A stretch of 64,000 nt of DNA from NCBI RefSeq assembly GCF_000143415.4, contig NW_003314385.1, forward strand, positions 215,296 to 279,295. Direction: 5' to 3'. This DNA is from Selaginella moellendorffii. Lineage: Eukaryota > Plantae > Lycopodiophyta. Positions 11,524-23,500 of this stretch are shown here, piece after piece; within the stretch, counting starts at the first letter, position 1; every line of letters starts with the position of its first letter. The position numbers and the translations under genes are program-made. The notes below the pieces were generated by a model, which was not told the DNA's origin, did not search any database, and saw only the letters and a list, made by a program, of their open reading frames with translations.

Positions 11524-13306
11524 ATGGCCGCGACCAACAGCAGGATCTCCTTCACGAAGATCATGAAGAAGGCACACATGGCCGAAATGGTAATCCCCAT
11601 CTCCTTCTTTTCCCTCTAATTCTCGTTGTGATCGATCAGCCAATTCCCAAGCCAGTGTACGAGAAGTACTCCACTGGCGCTCTGCGGGGCACCGTGATCT
11701 TGGAGCTGGGAGGCAGCGACTGGCAAGTGGAGGTGGGCTCCGGATCATTCACCACAGGATGGAAGCAGTTCTGCCTCGACAACGCGATCAAGGAGAACGA
11801 CTCGCTCGTCTTCCACCACCAGTCGGCCAGGCGCTTCTCCGTGGAGCTCTACAGCAGCGATGGATCCGCCAAGCCGGGAGGAGGAGCCAAGAGCTCCACC
11901 TCCGGAGGAAATGCCCTGGCGGAGGCCATGGAGAAGGTGATCAAGGAGTGCGTCGTCCATCTGGATGAGGAGTCGAGCCTAAAGTTCGTCATCTCCAAGG
12001 TTCCCAGAGTGGTCGACGTCGAGGTCGCGGAGCCTTCCACTCCTCGCAAGATCGTCAAGGCCGCGGGGATTGGGAATGGACCGTCCGCCAGGACGAGGTC
12101 GTCGCCCAAGACCGCCCCACCCCCAGCGGCGGTGGCGCGAGTGGAGTCGAGGAAGAAGAAGAAGCAACCACTGCCGGTGTCGGAGTCGGACGCCGAGGAG
12201 GAGGCTCCTCCTGCCAAGAGGGCCAGGACCGAGCCATCCAAGAGGAGGGAGGTAACGCGAGCTTCCACCAGGCGCTCGCTAGAGTCGGGTAGTGGCAGCA
12301 AAGGGCGGCCCAGCAGGAGGAAGAGCAAGGTGGTGAGCAAGATCACGGCTCTGGAGGTGCGTGTGGATTCCACTTCCACTCTCCCTGCAGCGAAGCAGGA
12401 TGACACTCCGAGAGAGAGGAAGAAGGTGGCCAAGTCGGGAACAGCCGAGACCAAGACTGGAACAGCCGAGAAGAAGACGCGAGAGAGGAGGAAGACGAGT
12501 TCTGCGAGGAAATCATCGAGCTCCAGGGGAAAGAAGCAGGTTGTTCCTGCGGCAGACTCGGCAGCTCTCGCACAAGCGGTGGCATTCAAGACGAGCAACC
12601 CGAGCACCGTGATAGTGATGAAGAAGAGCAACATCGCTCCGTGCTTTTACCTGGTAGCCATCCATCTCCCTGCTTTTGCTGCTCCTTTGCCGTGACTGAC
12701 ACACGATCGATCGTGGTTTTGCCGCAGAGCATTCCGAACGAATTCGCGAAGGTGCACCTTCCGGAGGATCTCAAGGAGTTTGACATGGTGGACTCGACGA
12801 ACAAGGCGTGGGGCGTGCGGTGGCTCGGCCCTCCAAAGCGTGCCTTCAGCGGAGGGTGGTGCTACTTTGCGCAGGATCACAACTTGCAGCTCAACGACGT
12901 GTGCGTGCTGGAGATGCTCGGCGAGAACAGGGTCAGAGTTAACATCTTCAAGGCGGATCCAAAAGCAGCCCAAGGAGGAGGAGAAGCGGCAGCTCCTCCT
13001 GCGAATCCAGCTGCAAACGAAGGCGCGGGATTTGAGGCCGCCAAGGAAGATGGCCATGGCGATGTGGATGGTGGCGATGGTGGCAATGGTGGCGATGGTG
13101 GCGGTGGTGGTGGCGGTGGTGGTGGTGAGCGTGATCTGGATGCTGTTGTGACTGGTATCACTGGTGGATCAAACAGGGATGAAGATGGCATCGCGGAGGA
13201 AGAGGCGGACGATGACGAGGAGGGCGATGACGAAGACTATGATCCAAAGGAAGACGATGGGGGAGACGACGGAGATGGAGGCGATGATAAAGAAACTTGG
13301 AAGTAA
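11524..13306 (+). CDS. REM-like protein with two B3 DNA-binding domains, basic linker and acidic tail; exons 11524-11589, 11640-12653, 12728-13306
   Basis: B3 motifs FTTGWKQFCLDNAIKENDSLVF and FSGGWCYFAQDHNLQLNDVCVLE; GT-AG introns fall before the (P/S)IP motif of each B3. Confidence 0.88.
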
Positions 13307-13502
13307 TTTCTTCTTGTTAATGTGTGAAGTAACAAAGATTTTTCTTGTATGACGTGGCATAAAAGCGTAGTGTGACGTGGCACGTCTCTTCCTCGCCAAG
13401 AAGCCCTAAAAAGAGTGTTTGCAACCTTTTGGCGGCGAGGACGGTGTTTTGATGCGGGAGCGCGAGCGCTACGATCGTCCTCCATCTCGGTGAGTGCCAG
13501 TC

Positions 13503-15165
13503 ATGCCGCAGCAATCCAGGAGGAAGGAGGAATTGAACAAGGGCGCCTCCAAGAGCAAGAAGGACAAGAAGGACAAGAATGCGGCGAAGAAGAAGAAAGA
13601 GCTCCAGAAGCGGCAGGAGAAGCCCATCAGTTTCATCGATTGCCCGGTGTGCCACAAGGTGTTGAAGCATCCGGTGGAGATCGAATGCGGGCATGTGTTT
13701 TGCAATCGATGCCTTCGAAGGAAAATGGGACGCCAAAAGATGTAAGCTCTCGTTCTTTCTTTTCTTCTACCTTGTATCGAGCTCCAGCTAAAGCTCTCTC
13801 CTAGTTGGACTGTTCCAGGTGCCCGATTTGCAAGAGCGAGATCGAGTACATCCATCCATCATACTTGATGAGGGAACTTGTCCGAAAGTTTGGTGTGAAA
13901 GATGGTCCCAAGAGGCTCAAGGCCGAGTTGCTTCAAGTTTCGGGGTACTACGACGAGTATGCAATCGAAGATCCCATTGTCATAGCCGCGCAGTTCGTAC
14001 CAGGTAGCAATGGTGGTGCGTTTGATCCTGCGGACTTGTACAAGGTTGCGAAGCTTGAGGACTTTGTGACTGCCGAGGAGTACTTGGACACGATCAAAAT
14101 GGTCAATCACATCTTCTCGAGGTACTTAGAACTCTCTCTTTCTTTTGTTTTGTCGAGAACTAAGGCCAGTGATATGCAGCTGGACGTCAGGCCCGATAAG
14201 TGCGTGTTTGGGAACGCTGTGCTTCTGCGTGTTTCCTTCACCTGCGTAAGTGTTTGAGCTTTGATGTAGCAGCTATTCGGTTGATGACTCTCCTTTCGTT
14301 TTTTTCCCCTTTCCAGCCAGAAAGCAGTAAACATGATTGAAGTTGTGCTTGGGGATTGCAACCTCAGATGGGCTGAGACTGGCTGCTTCTGGACGCTCTT
14401 GTACATGGACGGCGACACCCGTTCGGTATAACAAGCTGGTTTGGGACTTACATTGGCCCTGGCAAGTCCTTTTGCAGGCTAGCTCTTTGGGAGACAAGTT
14501 TTACCTTGTGTTGCGGATTGATCGTTCCAAAGCTCGGGCTTACCAGAACTCTCTAAAAGCCGGTAATGAAAGTGTTTTTTCGAAGTGTTCTGTCGAGCAT
14601 AACAGTCGTTGTTTAAAGGCTCCAGGTGGACAGAGGAAAGACGTGGAGATGGCACGTCTGAGAAAGCAGAATGCGCTCATGCGGCATAAGATGCTTGAGC
14701 TCGGGGAGAATGGTTTCATTCGCGCGCTTGCTGGACGAAAATCTCCCAGGTACGCAGACGAACGAATAGCTCCGAAGTCTTTGCTTTTGTTCTTTTGCTT
14801 ACAGATATAGTCTCAAATCAGGAGCAAGTTTGGCTTTCGCAGACGAGTATCCTGGTAAACACCAGAGACAGTTTTTTTTATGAACCTTGCTTGATGGTTT
14901 GTTTTGCTGCAGACTTTCCAGTGATCTCCCCGCACACTTTAAGGGATCTTGTACTTCACAATCCACTCTCGAAGCGGCCTTTCGTACCACCATGGAACCG
15001 GTAAGTTTGCGAAAACCACGTAGCAACCTTTTCTTTAAATCTCTTTTGCAGCATGAGATCTACCAGTACTGGACCACTTCCGACAACGAGGGAGGAGGAT
15101 TGCCGGATGAAGAGCCATTTAACAACAATGGTGTCATCGAGATCAGGATCGCCGGGTCCATATAA
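13503..15165 (+). CDS. C3HC4 RING protein with a probable Golgin-A7/ERF4-like domain; multi-exon, 3' exon structure uncertain
   Basis: CPVC..PVEIECGHVFCNRC|..CPIC with an intron at about 13742-13804; VTAEEYLDTIKMVN and terminal VIEIRI resemble ERF4. Confidence 0.65.
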
Positions 15166-15599
15166 CGTAGACAGTGCCAGATCACAATCTCCAGCCGCAA
15201 GACCAAAGTCCCCTCCCAGTCCGGAAAAGGTTAATTCTGCTTATTACTGCCGTTTTCTCTTCGATCTCACCCTCGTTTGTCACTGCAGTCCCCACCTTGG
15301 AAGTAAGTATTGGCTTTGAAATGCGAAGTTATACCCTTTTTTTTTGTGCTTGAAGCACATTCTCTGTTCGTGTTTAGAATATTCATATTTTTGGCTTGGG
15401 ATCTGGAATGTGAAATGAGAATTATTATGATCATAAAACATCTAACAGAGGGAAAAACTCTTTAACATGTAACAGGCATTTGGATGCTAAGAAACCTGAC
15501 TTTGAAATGAAAATTATTATGATCATAAAACATCATGTAACAGGCATTTGGATGCTAAAGTTTGACACTGTTGAAACATTTCAGCAAAATTTGTTTTAG

Positions 15600-16368
15600 C
15601 AACAATGCTATGGTCAGCGCCTCGGATTCTACCCCAGCGACTGCCTCTAGCGCCGCTACAAGGCGCTTGCCGCCAGATACCTGATCAAACGTGTTTCCCA
15701 GCGAGCTCCAGAGTCGTGCAGAAGGAAGACTGAATAACAGTCACGGGCGTGAGGATCTAAGCTTAACGCAGGAAAAAATATTGGAGATGATCCGGAGAAG
15801 CAGTGATTGACAGCACCAAGCATGTAATGGAAAGGTTCCTTTGATGAGCTAATGTAGTTTGCCAAGTCTGCTGGACAACTGAAACAACTCATTACTGCTC
15901 TACCCAAGGCAGAAGACAATTGCAAGAAGAAAGCTAAAAACGAGACTACCAGATGCACAAATTTGCAAGAGAACAGGAGAGAAGCCTTTAACGAGTGCTT
16001 GACAATAGCTGCCAAGAAAGCAGTAGTTCCACTCGTTTTGTTTTTAATTCTGTCTATGGGAAATCACTCTTAGGTGGAACGCTTTTTTCCCCTAAAGAAA
16101 AAACACACCAAAGGAATCTTGCTGCTATACATAATTGTGATGCTATAAATACCAAGGTTATGGGCAAAGAATAAGCACTTGATTGAAATGGATGATCAGA
16201 GTATGACCACTGCAAAGCAGCTTGTGGGGTGAGCAATCAGATTTTCTGTTGCTACTGGCTGTTCCTTTTTTAAATATTTTAAAGAAGCCGTTGTGGTGGA
16301 AAGAAAAAATCAATATGGAAAAAGAGACCTTCCTCCTGCGGCTCTTACTGTCTGTAAAAACAGAAATA

Positions 16369-16399
<31 letters not shown>

Positions 16400-17650
16400 G
16401 GAAACAAACCAAAACAATATATGTATGTATATACATGTATTACCCTGGCTAGGTAATACATTAATTATAATAATATAACATATGGATGGAGGATTATTTA
16501 AATGATAGAATGCAAAAGAGAAGTTTCCAAAGGAAAAAGTATGCATTAGAACTCAAACCATGGATTTAGACTTAGCATGAAGTTTCATGAAAAAGCTAAG
16601 AAACATCACAAAGATAAAACTCAAGAGGGAGTTACTGACCACGTCCACATGAAGAGGTGCCTGCAGCCTATAGCCTTTGCCATACTCTGGCACCGTTCTC
16701 CTACACACATAACAAAAATTGGAGCAAAATATCCAAAAATGCAGGGTCTCTACCTCATCTAGACACAAGGATTGAGCAAAATTTACTTGATGCCAGGGTC
16801 TCCTCCCCAGAGACATCTGCCTCTGCAATTGTATTCTCTGCATATTGCCACAATTCTCAATCTATTGGCATTCACTCTATGATTGATTCAATTGCTTATA
16901 TGGTATTATCATTTATCATTTATGATGGAGTATGCAAAAATGTTGGACAGTGCTGGAAAGGGAATTGATTCTTCTGCAAGATGCAAGATCATCATGCCAC
17001 AACTGGTTGATAAGTTTCTCCTTCTCTAACCATTCTCTGAGGGACTCTACTGGAGTAGCTTCTGATGAAGATGGAGATAAGGGATGCACCACAGCTGCTA
17101 ATCACATTTCTTGTCAGTTTTGAAAACTCTAGAGAAAATACAATGATATTCTTTGTGTTCAATAGCACAAATAGGTGTGCATTAGTAAAGGTTTCTTCCA
17201 GAGCTTGCTAATTTCCTTTTCCCCATAGTTTGTAGTGCCATTTGCTTATCCTATTAAATTCATTTAAGACAAAGATCCTACAACATGCAATGCAAAAGCT
17301 GGAAGAGAGTTCCTGAAAGCTACCCAAGTTTTTGACTAGTTTGTTCCAGGGTATTTGCTTGTGCAAGCGGAGGTATGCATAGGATAGACAAGCAGGAAAT
17401 TTTTGTAATGTGACTTTCCATCATTTGCTGGAACGATGTTACATCCAATGAACAGGTTGCAATCTATCAAGTCTCCAGATCACTTCATCCATTTTGTTGA
17501 TCAGTGCTTTCCTCTGGAACTTGCTATGGCTATAATATATAGTGAAATAACACTGCTGCTTCAAGCCAAAAGAATCTACAGAAATGAACAAACTTTCTAT
17601 GCCTTATTGGGATCCTTGGGAGAGTTTACTTTGGGAAGAAGAGTGACCTA
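15600..17650 (+). pseudogene. Probable terpene synthase-like pseudogene (highly decayed)
   Basis: Collinear fragments LIEM/..SEYDHCKA (cf. LELAKLDYN.CQ), LWWKE, SPETSASAIVFSAYC..MIDS (cf. EPE.S.ARI.FAK.C..DD), YLLVQAEVCIG and WNDVTSNEQ (NSE/DTE-like); many stops. Confidence 0.35.
16368..16397 (+). repeat. (TAA)n microsatellite
   Basis: Direct reading. Confidence 0.9.
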
Positions 17651-19879
17651 TTTAGAGCTTTAGACCCTTCTCATCCGTGTTGTGAGTAGCAGAAAAAGGC
17701 ACACACAAGTCTAATGTAAGGAATAAACTCTTCAAGATGTTATATGCTAGAGAAATCTGAAATCACAATTGAAACAATAAAGAGTTTGGGTAGGATGAGA
17801 ACAAATTCAAAACCGAGTCCAAATATTAATATAGGTTATAAGGTAAAAGCCCAAAGCACTTGTCTCTTAGGGGGTTGTGGGAGGTTATAAAAGTAGTAAG
17901 GAGAGTGAGGCTAAAGACTTAAGTTATAATAATATTAAAAAATTTATAAGTAACTACATGGTTTTCACTCTTTATCCTATGGTGTTTTACCATAGGATAA
18001 CTACGAAGTGGAACCTAAACCCTCCATATGCTATGTGTTACATGCCACATGCCACATGCCATTGTGAGACACAAAATCCCTAGGCCCCAAAGTGGAGCCG
18101 GAAGGGCGCCACGTGGTAGTGGCTAAAGCGAAAGCCAAACGAGTGTAACACGTTTGGACTAAAAGCTCCGACTTGATAGGTCGAGAGCGGGAGTGGAACT
18201 CTCAATAAAGTGCTCGAGGAATGAGCACAAAGTGAGCAATAAGCGAGGTTCTAAAAAGGGACCCAAAAAGGACTAACACATGACATGTGGAAGTGTCCGA
18301 GATGGAGTCCAAGATGGACCCGAGACGGAGTCCAAGATGGACCGAGACAGAGTCCAAGATGGACCGAGACGGAGTCCGAGATGGAGTCCGAGATGGACCG
18401 AGACGGAGTCCGAGATGGAGTCCGAGAAGGACCCGAGATGGAGTCCGAGGTCGAGGTTGAGACCGAGACCGAGACCGAGACGGATTGGGACCGAGACCGA
18501 GACCAAGACCGAGACCGAGACTGGGACCGGGACTGAGACCGAGACCGGGACCGGGACCGAGACCGAGACCGAGGCCAAGGCCGAGTTCGAGTCCGAGTTC
18601 GAGTTCGAGTCTGAGAGGGTGAAAGCCCAAAGCGTTCATCTCCCAGACCCTGGGGGGTTTGGTGAGCTCCAAAAGTATAGTAAGGGGGAGGACTGCAGTG
18701 GAGCCAGTTTGGCTAGGAAAGGCCAATTTGGCCCAAGAAGGCCAGACCCAGTGTTGGGTGATGAACTGACCACTGGGAAGTCCAAGACTAGAGTGAATAC
18801 GGACTGACAAGCGGGGTAGCTTGGTGAAGTGTTCAAGAGCCAGCTCTAGTTCCCCCGGGAGATCAACTGGCCGATGCTCCCAGTCTAAGTGTGGGTGGCA
18901 CTACCTACTTGGATACCAGGCGTGGCTCAACAGAACCTCGCTCTAAGCCCATGGCTAAAGCACCTAAAGGCAGAAGGTGGGGAGAGTACCCACAAGGCTC
19001 GCGTAGGCCCACGGCGTTCCGAAATGTTGTCTCGGAGTCCCAAATGAGGGAAAGGAGGAGGAGCAGTCCTTAGGAATGTCATCCAAGTCATAACCAAAAC
19101 TCGGAAACACTTTCTTCATGTCATCCTCAATTTCTAGGTGTAGTGACTAAGGATACAGTCACATGGTGAGGAAGTCCCAGAGGACCATGGGACTTAGTGG
19201 TCGGGCCTGTGGGCCTTGATCTAGTGGCAGTGTCGGCGAACATGGCCATGGACAGAAAAGGGACTTGGTAGGAATTGACAAAGGGATATTGGGGAAGGCT
19301 ATTCCCCATGTCTGTAGGCATCCTAACGATGCTAAGGAGTGGATCTGGGTTGATCACTTGTGGACGGATGGCCCAATCTTGGAGAGACGGGATTGTGATG
19401 TAAGTGGTATTGGACCACTAGTGCGACAAAGGTGAATGGGCATGGCCTTAGCGTAACGGGCTGATATATTAGTGGTACCTTTGGGTGTCGATCTTGGGAC
19501 TGGACACGTGGAGCACTTGGACTAAGTGCAAGGGATGAGTGGCATGGATGCCATCCTCGGGGCTAGCAAGTCCTAAGTCCTAAATTGGACTTAAGGAGGT
19601 TGTGAATGAGACTCCTCCAAGTGGTCAAAAGTGTGGTTAAGTGACTAAAGTAGAATGGAAAATTTAGTTGCTTACAACTTAGTATCGGAGCTATTCCTTA
19701 ATCTGACTTTTATTGGTGCTCAAGTATATCACCATTGATGTTGGCATCGGAAGGTCCTAGGAGTGGGCCTATCCTTGAAGAGTAGCATGTCGAGAGAACA
19801 TGGCTCTCCACTCAAGTTCATGCGTGAACTTGGGCGTGATGTAGTGGATAGAAAAGGGCCAGTAAGGGAACAACTTTAG

Positions 19880-20532
19880 TGTAAGCAACCAAAGGGAATA
19901 ACTCGAGAGACGATCCATAGGGGTTCAAATATAGAGGGAAAGGGCCCATGAACAAGAGTGCACCCCCTTTTCCAATCAGTTAAGGGTCTTGGGATATTTA
20001 GAGTTAAGCGTCCTTGAGTTTGAATAGTACTGGGCTGGGTGACTTCCCGGGAAGTCCAAACTCAGGAGCTTACATTTGGTATCAGAGGGGTCTCGGGTCC
20101 GACTCTGTTGGTTGGCTAGGGGAATCACACCACATGTTGATTGACATCTAGCTGGTCCGACTCTGTTGGTTGGCTAGGGGAATCACACCACATGTTGATT
20201 GACATCTAGCTGGTCCAGTTTGCTCCCTCTGGGCTCGACCCGAGGGGTAGGGTGTCAAGAGAGCGGGGCTCTCGGGAGAGCTACAGCTCTCAGCTTCCGT
20301 TCACGAGGGCGTGAACTTGTAGGGAAGCGTGGTGGATTGTAAGCAACCAAAGGGAACAACTCGAGAGACGATCCATAGGGGTTCAAATATAGAGGGAAAG
20401 GGCCCATGAACAAGAGTGCACCCCCTTTTCCAATCGGTTAAGGGTCTTGGGATATTTAGAGTTAAGCGTCCTTGAGTTTGAATAATACTGGGCTGGGTGA
20501 CTTCCCGGGAAGTCCAAACTCAGGAGCTTAAA
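19880..20532 (+). mobile_element. Cassandra-type TRIM with a 5S rRNA segment in each 195-bp LTR (19880-20074, 20338-20532); TSD TTTAG/CTTAG
   Basis: The LTRs differ at about 4 sites. PBS TGGTATCAGAG at 20077, purine tract before 20338, 263-bp non-coding interior, 5S-like core in both LTRs. Confidence 0.92.
20002..20057 (+). ncRNA. 5S rRNA-derived internal control region (A box-IE-C box) in the Cassandra 5' LTR; second copy at 20460-20515
   Basis: AGTTAAGCGTCCTTGAGTTTGAATAGTACTGGGCTGGGTGACTTCCCGGGAAGTCC aligns without gaps (about 46/56 by eye) to the plant 5S 3' half as recalled: AGTTAAGCGTGCTTGGGCGAGAGTAGTACTAGGATGGGTGACCTCCTGGGAAGTCC. Confidence 0.85.
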
Positions 20533-23500
20533 CTTAGGAACTCAGGAGTATAAGGGTTTCCTCAGAGAGTTGAGGATGTGATTCAGATGAGCATTTGACT
20601 TAGCAAACTGGCTGATGTGGTTGTGGTAAAGAACTATAGTTGGGATCATGGGAAAGATGTAGACTCCAAAACAATAAAGGAGTCACAAGATTACCCTTAT
20701 ATAATTGAGGCTACTCATAAATTTGAGACTGGAATTTGTGACTGTGGGAGGTCAAATACAAAAGAGGACACAAGTCCTTGAAATGGTAGCCGGGGCTACC
20801 TCTAATAAATACTGGAACAACCCAAGGAGTTGGGGGTGTACTTAAAGATGAGTTGCCATTCTCATCACATGGATAAGTAGTCCTAAGGGGCAAAGGTTAG
20901 CCCCAAGAAAATCATCAAGTATTGGAGTAACACTTGTGAAGATGGTCCTAGTGAGCAGGACTTGAATACAAGAAGTTATATTCCAGTGAACTGGCACCTC
21001 AAAGGTAGGACCTCACATACAAGAAGTTATATTCCAGTGAACTGGCACCTCAAAGGTAGGACCTCACAGGTCGTCTAATTAGCAAAGTCCAAAAAGTTGA
21101 ATGACTCAAATAGAGTCAAAGAATAATCCTAAAGGATTGATGGAAGCATTTGGATTAAGGTGTGTTGTACCCCATAAAGGATGGGGGGGGGGGGGGAGGG
21201 GGATCATAGGATCCAAGTATGAGAACAAAAGGGAATCTCATCGATGGCAGAGTATGCCATGCTAAAGTCGTGGGAAAGGTGTTCCCCAAAAAGAAAGCAA
21301 CTTTGGCATAGAGGTGTGTGAACACTATGGTGCAATGCTAATTGATAGTGGCATGAGAAACGACTTCTTTGGTCTTGGCAAAGACCCCGACACAAGTGGG
21401 GAGTGTCGTAAAGGCAAGCTTGTAGAGCCGAGGGTGTGAAGACATTGAAGGTGCCAAGGCACGTTGCTTTGAGGTCAAGTTAGTGGGTTTATGAGAACCC
21501 CTTCCCAGTGGAATCCTAATGGAAGCGGGAATGGCATGGCTTAAGTTGGAAGGCATGTGATTGGACTGTGGTGACCCAGATGATAATGGAGGTGTGGAAG
21601 TACCACGCAATGAGTTGTAGGACTTGACAACTATGGGGCAACTAAGCAAGAGGTGCAAAGATAATTGGTTAAATGGGTAGAAGGTAGCTGCCCAAGACTT
21701 TTTAATGGCATAAAGAAGTTAGATATACCCTTACAGGGGATAAATTGCTTATGTTGTGATATAATAAGTCAATGTTATAAAAGAAAATGCTCATTGTCAA
21801 GTAGACCATCATTGGGACACCTAAATACTCTGGAACACCAGAAGGTGGTGTTTAGTGTTGCGGGGGCGATAGATAGGGAGGCCTTAGCAAACTAAGGGAG
21901 GCTTTAGCAAACTAAGGGATAGAGTCCCTTCAAAGTTCCCAAAAACAATTCTAGGTAGTTTAGTACCTAGAAAGGCTAAGTGTAAATGGTTCATGGAACG
22001 TGCGAAACCAAAGTGGCGTAGCAGAAGCGTGGTCTTGAAGCTTGCCATGAGGCAAGGCTATCAAGGTTAGAGAAGTGGTTCTCGAGTGTTTAAAGAGAGG
22101 GCTTTGAACAAAAGTCGATGGTTAAGGACTTTCACACTTATGCAGGAATCATGTTACGGTGGTCAGAGGACTTGCCAAGTGAGACTGGCAAGTTGGGGGA
22201 ACACATACCCTAGTTGAAGGTGATAACTTCAAGAAGGGTGGGCCATGGGGCCAAGCATGGAGGAGTCCATGCATGCTCACAGACGTGTCAAGTGAGAGGA
22301 CTTGGCAGTGTGGAGGAACTAAGTTCCTAAGTTATGATCTGTAGCACGCTTTGAGTAAAAGTTGGTGCACCGGCGTGGATCCTGGGTGATGCCATCCGTA
22401 GATGCATATATGGAGGTTGGGTTCGAGTCCCGACCCTCTAGTGCTTGGGTTCAAGTCCCAAATCACTAGGGCGTGGTGATGGTTTGGAATATGAGGACAC
22501 TCATATTTTAGTGGTCATGGACTCTCAATGAGGAGATTGGCTTGGGCACACTGCCAAGTGGGGGATGCCCCGGAGTCGTGATGCACAATTAGATTGCTTA
22601 GAGTGAAAGCTCGGCATATCTAACTTGAACATTTTGGTGCAAAGGGCACCAAGGACGTGGTGAATGAGATGGGGACACCCAGTCTCAGTTGCTATGGATC
22701 CTTGGCCGAAAGGGCTAGCTTGAACGCACCACCAAGTGTGGGGGATGCCCCTAGGGTCATAGTCAACAACTTAGAAGGGTTTAGAAGACCTAATTCCTAT
22801 TGGTAGACCTATTAAGGGGTCAAGATGAGATCACTAAGTGATCTTGTGGCTAAATAAGAACAAGGTCTTTGTTTGGGTTAAGGAATATGATTCCCAGTTC
22901 AAAGTGTTGATTTGAACTATTGATAAAGGTGTGGCTTGGTCAAGGTGACCAAGTGGGAAGAACACCTAAGGGAAATGAGCTATGTCAATGCTATGGCAGA
23001 GAAAGTCTGAGGAAAGTAGTCTCTATAAGAGATCCAAGGGAGGGTCTCAAAAGGTTGGGCCATGGATAGAGCCCACGGCAGAAAATGTTAAAGAGACATA
23101 CTAGGGGTGAACACCCTCTGGACTTGGCAAAGCAAAGTTTTTGTTATGGAACCGAAAGGAAACCTCAAAAATGGAGGTAGCGATCCTATGTCTCTGGGTG
23201 CAACAATCAAGGATAGGAGCAAAAGACTAGCGGCTAAGAAAAGAGCCATGGGAATCATGGGAAAGAAACCAAATGGCAAAGTTAGGCCAAGAACACTAAC
23301 GTGTTGAGTGCTAACGGATTGTGGGAAAGGCAATGTTTCCCCAAGGATGGATTCCCAATCTCTCCGATTTGGCGAAAGTGGATGCTCCAAAGGGGGGAGC
23401 GGTAAAGTAGCCAAATAATAAGGTTGTGGGCAACCCTAGCACCAATTATGATAACTAGAACTTAGTGCCAAAGGTGGCACGATATCGAAGGGAGGGTGAT

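Noticed and set aside
10241-11566. 441-aa plus-strand ORF
   Set aside because: Antisense shadow of the PPR gene with no recognisable motifs.
11849-12634. 261-aa hydrophobic-looking minus-strand ORF
   Set aside because: Antisense of the Lys/Glu/Arg-rich B3 linker.
18295-18615. CRISPR-like repeat array
   Set aside because: Contiguous 6/12-bp units without unique spacers, in a eukaryotic LTR context.
20002-20057. Bona fide 5S rRNA gene
   Set aside because: The 5' half of 5S is missing, there is no oligo-T terminator at the expected place, and it is embedded in paired LTRs.
20966-21067. 51-bp exact tandem duplication (also ~20-bp at about 21875-21918 and ~60-bp at about 15410-15558)
   Set aside because: Ordinary slippage duplications with no sign of function.
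21183-21202. Poly-G run, potential G-quadruplex
   Set aside because: A single homopolymer inside a decayed TE; length unreliable.
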